DNA of 54,151 nt, the filler included, from Sphacelaria rigidula (taxonomy: Eukaryota), in the NCBI GenBank assembly GCA_964200075.2. It is 4 parts of 4 records of this genome, joined end to end, with 100 filler letters (N's around TTAATTAATTAA, not from the genome) between each part and the next. Parts side by side here need not be neighbours in the genome. Positions count along the whole stretch, not along the records: positions 40,690 to 54,151 come from CAXNAA020002871.1; 3 more parts are not named here. One strand, written 5' to 3'. The notes beneath the pieces are model-generated. The model was not told the origin of the DNA. It saw nothing but the letters and a program-made list of their open reading frames with translations, and ran no database searches. Below are positions 40,690-51,900 of this stretch, piece by piece. Within the stretch, counting starts at the first letter, position 1, and every line of letters starts with the position of its first letter. A program made the translations under genes and the position numbers.

Positions 40690-41084
40690 GAGGGGGTGGG
40701 GGGTGTAGCCTGAACGGGAGGGGGGACGTGTGCGGTGGCGGGGGGGGAGGGGGGGAAGGGGGGAAGGTGTTAGCATCTCGAGGAGGCGTACATGTATTCA
40801 TCAACCACCCCCTTCCCCCTTCCCCACGAGACTCTGATTTGATCCCTGGTCCAGTTCACTCCTCTCCTGGTTCACTTCATCACTTTACCACCTTATCTCT
40901 TATCGTGTGAAGGGGTGTGTGTGGGGAAGGCTCCTATCCAGCGCAGCGGTACAGAGTGTCATCTTATCGCTCCCGGGCGGTCAATTGCAGCAATCGCTGT
41001 AGACCACTCGTACGAAATCGGCAATCAACAATTCACCGCTTGGTTACGGGTGCCGTTATCCGTAACGCACAAGTCTGAGGTTAA

Positions 41085-41447
41085 CCCTTTGATCGCTGGA
41101 GTGGGCAATCTCCCAGCATCATTTTTCACTCGAGATATGGGTCAAGATTCACATGATCCTGCACGTAGGAATCATCTGTCGAATAGGCATTTTTTTACTT
41201 GAAAAATGGATCAAACTCGAATGACCCACCCTCGCCGTCTAAGAGTCAATCCCTCGATCGGTAAAAAGGGAGATCTGTTGAGGTGGCATCATTTTCACTC
41301 GAAAAGCGAGTACACAACTCAGATGACCCACGCTGGCGATCATTGAGTTGAAATGGGCTTTAAGAAATGACATATCTGTGAGTCGGCATCATTTTCACTC
41401 GAAAAGCGAGTGTTCAACCCAGATGATCCACGCCGGCGGTCAAAGGG
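41085..41447. mobile_element. 363-bp piggyBac-type MITE with four internal 70-100-bp repeats
   Basis: TTAA|CCCTTTGATCGCTGG ... CCGGCGGTCAAAGGG|TTGA; internal repeats of GCATCATTTTCACTCGAAAA near 41116, 41187, 41285 and 41385. Confidence 0.7.
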
Positions 41448-42663
41448 TTGAAATGGTCTCTGACAAACGGCCTTACCAAAACAGGAACCTCGAGTGATTG
41501 TGCGTTTCTCATTCGCTTGCTGGGCGGGACCGAAAATTTTCCTCACCTTGTGTGCAGGATAGTTCGCCATGCGTTTTGTCGACCCCCCTCGAGGTTCTCC
41601 CTCCGCCCGACCGCATGACTGATCATCGATGCAGTGGATGGAGTACAAATGTTTCTCTGTGTCAACGACAAAACGGGAGGCGGAACCAAAGCCGACGCTG
41701 TAGTGGACCGTTGTCTGCACTGGGTGTAGGGTGTGCATGTGGTGTGTCTGGGGGGGCGGGACAGTGCCATGATAAACAAAGATGTCGGAGTTAGAGTCGG
41801 TTCACGAACGGACCAATTGGGCACTGGAAGTGCCATACTGTACAACAGGTGAATACAGCCGGCAGGTACATGGTAGTTCGGGTTTGGATCGGGGTCGCTA
41901 GAAGAACTATGGAGCACGGGTAAAGCACCATACTGAAATCTTCTCCAACAGCAACTAGCGATGCTGCGTAGTGATCGCGCAGCTGCGCGTATGACAATGG
42001 ACCAAGATGGTTGCATCCCCATCCTTCGAGGGTGCATGTTACAAACACGTGCAGCAGTAGTTCCGTGACGTGCCACCTCCAACCATGTTGCACCAAGATT
42101 ACTTCATAATCAAACGGTACATGCACACGATACTCTCACCTCCCGCCATTGTTGACCACCAGCTGGGTATCCTTCGAGATACTTGTGCTATGTGATGATC
42201 GAAGCTCCACAAACAAGTGCAGGACTGTCTGTATCGGGGCAAGCATCGGGGGGTCTTTTGTTCCGCTCCGCTTTTTTTTCATCATCACATATTCATAACT
42301 ATTGATGATCAAATCCCGTTGGTCGATCATAAACAGCGCTGGGTGAGGGATGTTTAATCTTGATCCCCACGACAATCAGCGCCAAAGAAAGTAAAATACA
42401 CCACTCCCAACTCAGCTGAACAAGTCGGGAAAAATTCAACTGAATTTTAATACATATCCTGCAAGCCGAGGTGCGGGCAGTGCCATGGGTGATTATATAT
42501 TCATCAATATCAAACTTACTCAGAATCCATGATAAAGGTTGTCGTATGTGTTACGCGTGTATGGGACATCAGACATGGGATCCAAATACAAAAGTTGGAG
42601 AGCGGCGGCGGGAATCATCGGTGTGCATGATTAACCCCGCACGCGAAAATTTCCGCAAAATAC

Positions 42664-43101
42664 ATGGCAAACATGGAATCCTTGATAATATATTGTTGGG
42701 AAAGTGTACGCTTCTGGTGTGTTCGTTTCGGCTCCGCGTCTCGTATTTCGGCGACCTTTTTCTTAGCTGCTGCAACAAGCTTCTGGCGTGCGGGGTTCGC
42801 CATCGCAGCATCAACTGCATCAACATCAGAGTGCTCTCGACTGGCGCCGTTTTTCTTATCTGTAGATCAGCGCGTCGCTCTATGCACGAACGCAACGTCC
42901 TCGGCTCCGGCAGACTGTGCTCGACAGGTACACGCAGCGGCCCCACGCGGTGGTCGCCTAGCTCACCACCTTGTGCTGGAGCTGTGTGCAGGAGTGGTGT
43001 CGTCCATCCCGGCGAATTGCGTGGCAAGGTTATCAAGGGTCGCAGCGAAGGCTTTATCGCAAGAGCTTCAAGTAGAGCTTTGCAAGAATGCACACTCGGA
43101 T
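42664..43101 (+). CDS. Exon 1 of Cys-repeat / Ig-like / J-domain protein (N-terminal hydrophobic segment, repeats 1-3)
   Basis: ATG at 42664, 146 codons, donor GAT|GTGAGT at 43102; the repeat pattern stops exactly at the donor. Start codon choice (42664 or 42673) is unverified. Confidence 0.8.
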
Positions 43102-43346
43102 GTGAGTCCGAATCCCCATCAACATACCTATCCGCACCTCATTAGACCGCCATCCACAGGTGCGCGCGGATATTTATCCGATAGAAAATACACAACAGTC
43201 CTCCTCGCCCCTGTGAGGCTCGCTCGTCAATGCATGCTCGCGGACAATATCGACTTCGCCAGGTGCAAGTTAGCTGAGCTACCGTACCTCCCTCTCGCTC
43301 TCGGTGTGGCTTCGGCACAAATGTGATTGACTTGCTGTCTGAGAAG

Positions 43347-43708
43347 GCCCCTGCTCGATGTGTACAGCAAGCGTTGGAATTCAAACGGGAAGCTCACTTG
43401 CTCGTGAGTGTGTGCAAAGGAGCATCAAGCACGGGACCAGCAGACTGCCTGGTACTGTTGCCTCGAACAGTGGAGGGTGTAATTGCCGCGCGACTTTGCA
43501 ACAGGGTACAGACTGCTGGACCAGCACTCTGCACGAATTTCCGTGGACTGGTGAGCCAGTATGGATGGAACCTGGCGACAAGGCTGTGCGAGGACGCCCG
43601 TGGCCAAGGACCAGCCGAATGCTTTCATCGAACATCTTTGGTCACAAAATTTTCCACCGATGATCGGGTAGAACTGTGCGTCGGCGCAACCTCCGATGCT
43701 CCAGCAAG
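43347..43708 (+). CDS. Exon 2 of Cys-repeat / Ig-like / J-domain protein (repeats 3-7)
   Basis: Acceptor AAG|GCC restores LCKNAHSD|APARC; donor AG|GTAGCC at 43709 (phase 2). Confidence 0.85.
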
Positions 43709-43839
43709 GTAGCCGCAGCTTACTACTACTACTGTACAGTATAGACAACACGCACGCTGATTTTTTTGGGTTAAATATGAGGTGGGGCCCAGAAAATCGG
43801 GCTGACCTACTGACGCTATCCCAATTCATGTAATAAAGA

Positions 43840-44030
43840 GTTTCGGAAAACGCTTTTGTGTCATTTCAGAGTGCAAATATCTCAGAATCAGATTGGAACG
43901 AAAAAATATTCCCCCCTCCGTCAAATGCGGTATCCCCTCAACTTTTATTCGATTATCTGTATTTTTTTATTCTACGCTCTGATCCTGAGATATTGGCACT
44001 CTGAAATGACAAATAAGCGTTTTCCGAAAA
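43840..44030. repeat. About 50-bp inverted repeat (MITE-like) in intron 2 of the J-domain gene
   Basis: TTTCGGAAAACGCTTTTGTGTCATTTCAGAGTGCAAATATCTCAGAATCAGA is mirrored at 43978-44030. Confidence 0.75.
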
Positions 44031-44330
44031 TCTCTAATATATATTGCATATTAGAGACGAATATATCCGGGGAAGCAATGGAATAATGTTTGTTTCTGGG
44101 CCAAAAACAGTGGTGACATACTTGAGAACCACTCCGGTATTCAGATCATTCTACGCTGTGACTAGCAATAGAGGCTTACATTCGATACATGTTACAAGTT
44201 CAAATGACACATTCCACCGTAGGTTGGTCCCTGTAATCACGTGATCTCCGTAAGGTTGTCCACGTCTTCACCCTCAACAGTCGAAGGCTGAGCCTTGCTG
44301 GATCCTTTTCTTACCGGTGCATGTTTCCAG

Positions 44331-46221
44331 GTGCGCCGGGGATATAAGAGATCAACGCCTTAGCTCCCGCGAACGAGTGGCCTTGTGTCGGGGATCATCC
44401 AGCACTGCTCCCGCAAGATGCATCGCCCACATACCACCTACTGTGGGAACTTCAGATCGCGTGATGCTGTGCCAAGGTGCCGCCGAGCCACACTCTCTAG
44501 CTCCTACGGGTTGTCTCAAGAAGGTTTTGCAGCATCTCCCCGCATCGTTGGGTGCTGCCCTGTGTCGAGGGACCAGCGACTCCAATGCGGCCGACTGCGC
44601 CAACGTAGCCCGCCACGTCGTCAAGGACCACAATGCCCTGCTAGCACTATGCAGCGGAGCATCTTCTAATAATCCGGCAGAATGCGCGAAGGCGGCAATG
44701 CGAGCAGGAGCACAAGTACACATGGTGGCTGAATTATGCGCACGTGCAAATTCCACAGCACCCGCGATATGCTTTTCCAACGCACCCGACCAAATATCCG
44801 TGGAATTGCGCGCTAGAACATGCGCAGGTGCGTTGTCGGTGGCGCCGGCTTTGTGTCTTGTGGCGGCCATGCCACGTGGCATTGGCGTCAAATCTAGCGA
44901 CGGTGGCGTCTGCCCGTTGGATCCTGAAGCTGGCGGTCCGCCACGACGGGGTCTGGGGCACAACTTGGCTTCGCGGTTGTGCAAGTACGCCTCGAGCAAT
45001 GCCCCCGCGGAGTGTGGAATGGAGGCCCCACGTCAAATGAACGACGATAACGTCGAGAAGTTGTGCAGCGCTGTTAGGGCGCCAAAGATACCTGGTACGA
45101 CGCAGTGCGCTGCCGCGGCTGTGATGGCGGGGCTATCGGACTTCGATGCTGCCGTGGTTTGTAGCGGAGCAAGCTCGAACGCTCCCGCTGTATGCACAGC
45201 TACGGTGGCGCATCGAACGAAAACAAGTGTGCGGATTGATGTGTGCGTCGGTGCAACAAGCAATGCCCCCGCTCGATGCATAAACTCGCTCCCAGTTACA
45301 AGGGCTCCAACGCCCAGCGAAATAATGATTTGTAGAACGACTGAACCTCGACCAGCTGGTTTGCACATTTCAACTCTTGAGCACCACAGCGAGACCTTGT
45401 TCCCTGACCAACCAATGCGAGCCACTCTCGAGGTCAGGGATCAGTGGGGAGGAAAGATGCCCTCTGAGAGTTCAAGCGTTGTGCGCGCCTCTATCGCACT
45501 TCGAGGGTCTAACGGCGTGACGGTGAACGCGCACGGGCGGTTCAACACCACCAGCAATGGGGTGGTACATTTCTCACACTTGTCCTTCAGCGGTGCGGGA
45601 AATCTCACTCTTCAGTTTTCCATTGACGGAGACGGGGATAATGGCGTGCGCGTGCCCCTAGCATCCGCTCGAGTGATCGTGGCGGAGGCCGAAAACGTCG
45701 TGATTTTTCGGCGTTGCAGACGAGTATTTTCATCCCTGGCTTGTCCATTATCAGCTGCTGAGTATAGTCAGGAGAAGGTAGCTAAAGGCGAGAATGAGTC
45801 CTTGGATATTGCAGAGGCAGTTGCCATTGTTATTGGAATGGCCACGGCTTGGGACGTACTGAGCTGTCGCAATATTTTGGCAGAAAATGGTGTTCAGACT
45901 GCCTTCGTGTCTGGTGGTCGCGTCAACTCGCTCACAGCCTGGATTTGGTATCACCCTGGTATGGAGATATTGGAAACAGGCGTAGGATTACCGACGCAAC
46001 AGCAAACTGCGTGGGAGAGGCTTGAGGTTGAGAGGACTGCCACCGAGCGAGAAGTTCGGCGAGCGTACTATCGCCAGGCACTCTTGTGGCATCCTGATCG
46101 CTGGGTACGGCATTCGATGCACTCGGCCCGTGCTCAAGATATTTTTGAGATTGTGAGCGAGGCTTACTTGTGGATAGTCAGTCACAGACCAAAAACGGTA
46201 GAGCCTGACGAGCAGTACTAG
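44331..46221 (+). CDS. Exon 3 of Cys-repeat / Ig-like / J-domain protein (repeats 8-17, beta-sandwich, DnaJ domain); spliced CDS 2691 nt, 896 aa
   Basis: Pyrimidine tract plus TTTCCAG|G acceptor in matching phase (APAR|C); long open frame; J-domain AWERLEVERTATEREVRRAYYRQALLWHPDRW...AQDIFEIVSEAY; TAG at 46219-46221. Confidence 0.92.
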
Positions 46222-48429
46222 AGGAATCTCAATTGATTGCTTCGAAACTGTTCGAGCCATCGTACTTCATTGCTGATGGACGGAACGAAGGGAGCGAAAA
46301 CGTTGTGTGTGTATGTATGTCTCCGACCTGGCGGTGGTGAGTGAAGGCTGATATTGCGGTGTTGGCAACTTGAGTAATTGCGATACCAAGAAAGGAATGA
46401 GACCGGACTGTCATTCTGAATCGGATTACTTGAACGATAATATCCTGTCACCTATGCGCAACCGCTATGTTTCATGTGCTGGAATGATTGCCTTCACGAT
46501 TTGCCGAGAAAAAGCATTTCGCAGATATCGAATGAAACAATGATGTATTGGTTCTGACCAGGTCGTGATGTTCCCCCGACAGAAGCGCAACAACCCTTGC
46601 GACAGCAAGACTGAGAGCCTTGAGGTATCAAGATCAACATCCAATGGGTTCGTTCGTTTGTTTGTTCTTATTGTTCTTTGCTTTTTACTAGAGGTTAACC
46701 CTGAAGCGTAGTGGTGGCTCGAGCAGTACGCACGTACTCCTGGCTGTCCGAGGACTCAGCTCCCGCCCATATAACAACTCAATGAGTAGGTCCACCGTGA
46801 TAGCATCCGCAAAAGCAAAAAACAACACCAAAAGAACAGCAACGCAGGGACACCTATACATGAGTCTGCCTGTCTAGTCAACAGCCTAGCGCTGACGCTT
46901 GATCAGAGGGGCACCATACCTCGGTGAAAAAGCACACAAACTGTGAACACGCCGACCACCCTGTACAGTAGACATATCTAGGCGTTGAACAACCTTGAGG
47001 TGAAATCGCTTGTTGTGAGACCCCGTGAATGGGCTATTAGGGAATACGCTTGAAAGGCATTTGGCCTCTAGACGCACGGGGACTGCGGGCTTTTCAGTTT
47101 AAAGGTACTGGAACGCATGAGCCCAAATATCGGCCACCCAGAAGTAAGAAAGATGAGAATGCTGTGCTTTTAGTAGATGGCGCGTAATGTTCGCTCTGCC
47201 GATTCGCGATCGTGTTCTGCCCATCACAATCAATGGGATTGCGTTCATGCCGCTCGCCAGATATGAGGTTGCTATATTTCGTTGCACAAATTCGACCGTT
47301 CGACGAAATTCGATTCTTTCTACTCGGAGGTTTCCTTCGACAGCTGCCGCCGTTTCGTTCGTTCCCTCAGGATTTTCTTCAGTATTGCTTTCGATTATAC
47401 AAATCGATTTTGAGTAATTTTGATCGTCATTCATTGAGTAATGCTCTAGGGACCCAGACGGTGTAAAAAGATAGACGTACCCAAGGTAGACAAAACGGAA
47501 ACCTCTCGCTAAGGAAAGAAAAATAGGGAACACCAAAAAGATAGAACAAACGTAGTGAACTGAGAGACAAAAACATGCAAAAACAGAAACGAAAACAAAA
47601 CGGAGGAGAAAAAAGAAAGTAGAGGGAAGGAGAAGAGCTAGGGGAAGAGCGAGACATAAATTGAGGAATATAGAGCTATGCATTAGTAATGAGAGAAAAT
47701 GTCCACATGACTGGCCCCTGTAGCTTGGCTTTCAGGTACAAAAAGAAGGGGAGGGGAAGCCGTGCGCAAAAAAACACATTTCCATACACAAATAAAACAA
47801 ATAGGACGTGGGAGGAAATTGCGGCCAGCTATTTCGGACCATACTTTCGAGCATGAGCTCTCAACCATGAGCTCAGCGGAAGCGAAGCACCAAAGTGCCA
47901 CTGGCTAACATCAAGAGGAAAGGAAGAGCAAGATATCGAGAGAAATGGAGAATGAAAGAAAGAGCAGAGAGGAAGAAGAATATGTAAGCGACGAAGCCCA
48001 AGGATGAATTAAAACATGTGCAGAGGGCACAACGAGGAACAGCAGGAGGCCACAAGCCGACGAAAAGTCGACAACCGATTAAAGAATACCGGGGTAGATC
48101 AGTTTCCATGTTCAACTCCGCTTAACCCCGCTTCCCCTACTCATCCCTAGTCAGGTGTAACTTGAGCCGTTCTACCACTTCCATCCTGGATTCCTCGCAA
48201 GCTATTGTCGTCGTTGCGTCAGCGATGGCGGCTCTTCGATTGGCGGCTGTCGACGAGGCGGGCTCTCGTTTGTGACGAAGGCCCGATTTGAGATTGTCTT
48301 CGCGTCATCGTGCCTGCTCGGACTCCTTCGCCCCTTTCTCGACTCCCAACGTGCCATTTGCCAATGTCCTCCGCCGCAGTGACTCAATCGTGCGAGTCTT
48401 TGACCTCCACATCGCAGATTAATCATTCT

Positions 48430-49671
48430 CGTCGTGCTCCTTTCTGTGGAGGAGTCCCTTAGTCCCTTACCTTGTGCACGGAGGGTCTCCTGGAGGCTGT
48501 CCCGCCGGTGTTTGGGGGCGTGGCCAGCCTCCTCGGGTCACTGTCCGGCTAGCCGTCCGGACATGATGCGCTTTGGAAGACGTGTCTTCTCCTACCGAGC
48601 AAAGCCCCCGCGACCCCAGAGTTAACGCTTGCGGATGGTCGTCTCGATACGCTCGCAGTTGGCATTCTCGAGCACACCTCTGTAAGAAATAATCTTGCAG
48701 CCCGTTCGCTCTTTCCTCCGAAATCCAACCACTTGCAGCAAAAGCTTGTGATGGGCAATGCTCACACTGCCGCAATCGTCGGAACGTAGCGGTCATGTAG
48801 CACATCCATATAACGGAGCTTTCATCACCTCCGCTTCAAGGAGCCGGATTTTCAACGATGGCTAGGCATTGGGTCGACCGTAGAGTTGGAAGCTATAGTT
48901 TCGCAAGTATGCCCACGCAAACGCCGATTCGGCGGTTGATCTCGATGGAAGTTCTCGCATCCACGCTAACATCACCATCAAGGTGGATGAACCCGGCCGT
49001 TGTATACCATTGTTCTTTCGTAATGACGTACATTGCATCTCTGCGGACATGGATACTGAACACAGGCACATAGACTCTGTCTTACTGTTATCAATTCGAA
49101 GTTCTGGTATGCCACCACTGCCACGACGATCATTCTAGCAAGCCCGTCTGGCAACCTCGAGGCTATGCCAGCGTCATCCGCGCAGAGCATTCTCCACGCT
49201 GCGCGCCGCACCTTCTCCGGCAGCGCCGCTTCCAGAAGTTCACTATCGTCATTTCCTGGTGCATCATCTAGACATATCAAGCTCAGACCATAGCTGAGTC
49301 TGGTACGAGCCTTTGTGAGATCACCTCGACCAGGGCTGCACCGAAGGTGCTCAAGAATAGCGGGGGCGAAACGCACCCTGGTTTGCATTCCTGGTAGACA
49401 CGGAATCACGCTGATAGTTCGTCACCATCCAGATGTACCCGGGCTCGCGTACCGTTGTGGACCATGCAGATGACCTTGATTATCCGCGATGGAACTCCGA
49501 ACCGGGCGAGCACTTCCCACAGGAGGGTGCGCGATTCATGGAGTCGTAGGTCTCCTACAGGTCGATGAAGCACATGTGTAGTGGGACTTCGCTCGCCCGT
49601 CCCAACTGCTGTAGTCGGCGTACCACGAACATCATGTCCGTGGTTGATCGTTGGCTCCGGAATCCGCTCTT
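48430..49671 (-). pseudogene. Degraded, 5'-truncated RTE-clade LINE reverse transcriptase
   Basis: Minus-strand peptides SGFRSQRSTTDMMFVVRRLQQLG, MCFIDL, LWEVLARFGVP, MLCADDAG (decayed YADD) and RLPKRIMSGRL; stops and frameshifts. Confidence 0.9.
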
Positions 49672-50049
49672 GAAAATGGAAAATGGAATGAGTGGTGAAA
49701 GGACATGACTGTGATCATCGTGTTTTTTCCCCTGTCTGGAGCAGAGGTTGTGAGTTCACACATTTAGGTGGAGTATCGCCGACCACACAAGTAAAAGGAC
49801 TGGTCAAAAAGGATCATAGAGAGAATCAAACCTTGGGAATAGCTATTGTTACATGTCACAATAACGACCATGCTGAACAGTCAGCGCTGATTGTTTGACA
49901 CAGAGGTATCTGCTGACCGAACCACCGCCGTTGCTCGACGCGATGTTGAGCTATTATTTCAAATGAGGATTCGCTCGCTACTCGTAGCTAATCCTCATCG
50001 CTTCTAGAAATATGTGTAATGCATACTTGTGAAATGCAACGACTCTATC

Positions 50050-51900
50050 TCACTTGGAAAAAAAATGGCGTGCGCATGCTACACGAATTACTTGCTGCTT
50101 AAAGGCAAGCGGCTCACGATAGATGCTGGCAAGCAGCTGCTCGTCCGCCGCGCCACGCTGCTGCCTGGCACAGACTCGGCTACCGGCCGCAGTGTACGTC
50201 TGCTCCGTTACGACCCAACAGGCATGTGTGTCCCTCGGTTGATGCCACCTTGAGTCAAGATACCGCACTGATACACCTTACCATACACGTGTTTGTTCGT
50301 ACCCTGGCGATGTTGGAACGATGTTACTGGTGAATCGGCATGAGAGTCTTCACCTGTTTGAAGGTCTGGCAATGTTTCAGTGCTAAGCGCGGAAGTCCTA
50401 TCGACGTACAGCGCGATGATCTGTCATTCCTGCGCCACCATCAAACCGACCTGGCCACCTGTTGTCCGTTGCCTACTGAGACTCATTGCGAGTAACGGAT
50501 CGCACCAACATCTACATATTCTTCTCCACTGAGCGCTTCAGCCGCCACGTAGCTACCAGTACGTACGCGGCGACAAGTTGTGTTGTCATCGTGGCTTTTG
50601 CTGGTGACGTCATAGTCCACAGTTCCAACCACTTCCCTTGCTCAAAATAATTGATTTCCCACAACGGTCGGCACTTCGACGCCGATCTCTCTGCAACCTT
50701 CAACAAGCTCCAACGTATCCGCAACATTGCCACGCACGTATACCGCCCTAATGGTAATGGTTGCTCTGAGACAGCTATTGACGATGTGTAGATGGTCATA
50801 GTCGACCGCCGAAACTATTGGAGTTTCCACTTCTCCCGCATCATGCTGCTATGCAATAATTCGGTTACTTCGTCCACCGGAATAGCTCAGAATAGACCGG
50901 TCGTTAGACGCTCCTCGACTGCCAGTTGCCGCTTCGAAACGTCGCAGGTTTTGGTGACCCCTCCGGCTTGGATCAGGATAAAATATCCGAGCATGAATTG
51001 GCGCGCTCTGGACAGCTCAAATCGTACACGTTTGGTCCATGAGTTACACACGATCAATGACTCGTTCATCGCAAGAGCGAACAACGCTCTCTACATCCTC
51101 GTGCATAAGCACTCGATCTGAAAGGTTGGCGATCCCGAATGTATCCACACCAGCTTGGCGACTATTCGCGACCGAACCTACAAACGACTTGGTTCTCAAG
51201 GCGAAACCGTCACTCGATTGGACAAGGACCTTCAAGATCCTTGTAGTGAAACCATGGTTCGTGTCTCCTGACGGGCTACCTGTCGTTGGCAAGCTCCTTT
51301 ATTTGGGCTTTCCGCGAGACCCACGGGGGATCGACCAACGTTAGACGCCGTGTTCCAGTGGTCCGCTGCAAATCTTGTGTCAGTCCTTATGATATATATT
51401 AGTGATATGCCCACATATCTCAGTGCAGGTCTCACGTAGCATTTTCTCAACAGCTATTCCACGAAGTTGTCGCCCAACCACATCACTACCGACGACGTTG
51501 CCTAAGATGTACCGCAGTTGGACGTGTATGAAATCACCGGCCATCAACTTGTTCGTGGCCGCGACGACGTGGCTACCGCCATGTGCGAAGATCACCAGTA
51601 TGGCCTCACCAGCGCATTCTGGGAACACGAGTCCGATCTTCAGCTGCATCACCGTGCGATCCTCCTGAGCTGGACCTCGACAGCAATATCTTGCCCGCGG
51701 CAAGAAACACAGCAACATGTTTGCCGCGGGGCAGTGGCTGGTCAGCTGCATTGTGCCAAAGGTTTGCCCTTTGTCACGGCCAGCTACGAGTTAGACCCCC
51801 TGATGCGTGAGAAAGCGAATCCGACTACGACTGCATCCCTAGAAGGATACTATATATGGTTTAAGCGTAGTGACAACCTTTGATAGCCCGGTCACAAATA
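50050..51900 (+). pseudogene. Heavily decayed Ty3/Gypsy integrase and C-terminal chromodomain-like region
   Basis: Broken-frame motifs in order: YRPNGNG.SE (YHPxxNGxxE), CNNSVTSSTGIAQN (YNxSxxxxTGxxP), LKAKPSLDWTRTFKI (GPY/F-like), VYEITGHQLVRGR...FWEHESDL. Confidence 0.7.

Noticed and set aside
41116-41447. Four spaced GCATCATTTTCACTCGAAAA repeats, CRISPR-like at first sight
   Set aside because: Intervening sequences are homologous, and the array lies within piggyBac-type TIRs.
44352-45425. Long antisense ORFs (215 and 130 aa) and other overlapping ORFs
   Set aside because: Shadow frames of the GC-rich J-domain gene exon.
47099-47683. 194-aa hydrophobic minus-strand ORF
   Set aside because: Hydrophobicity comes from an A/G-rich low-complexity tract; no family motif.
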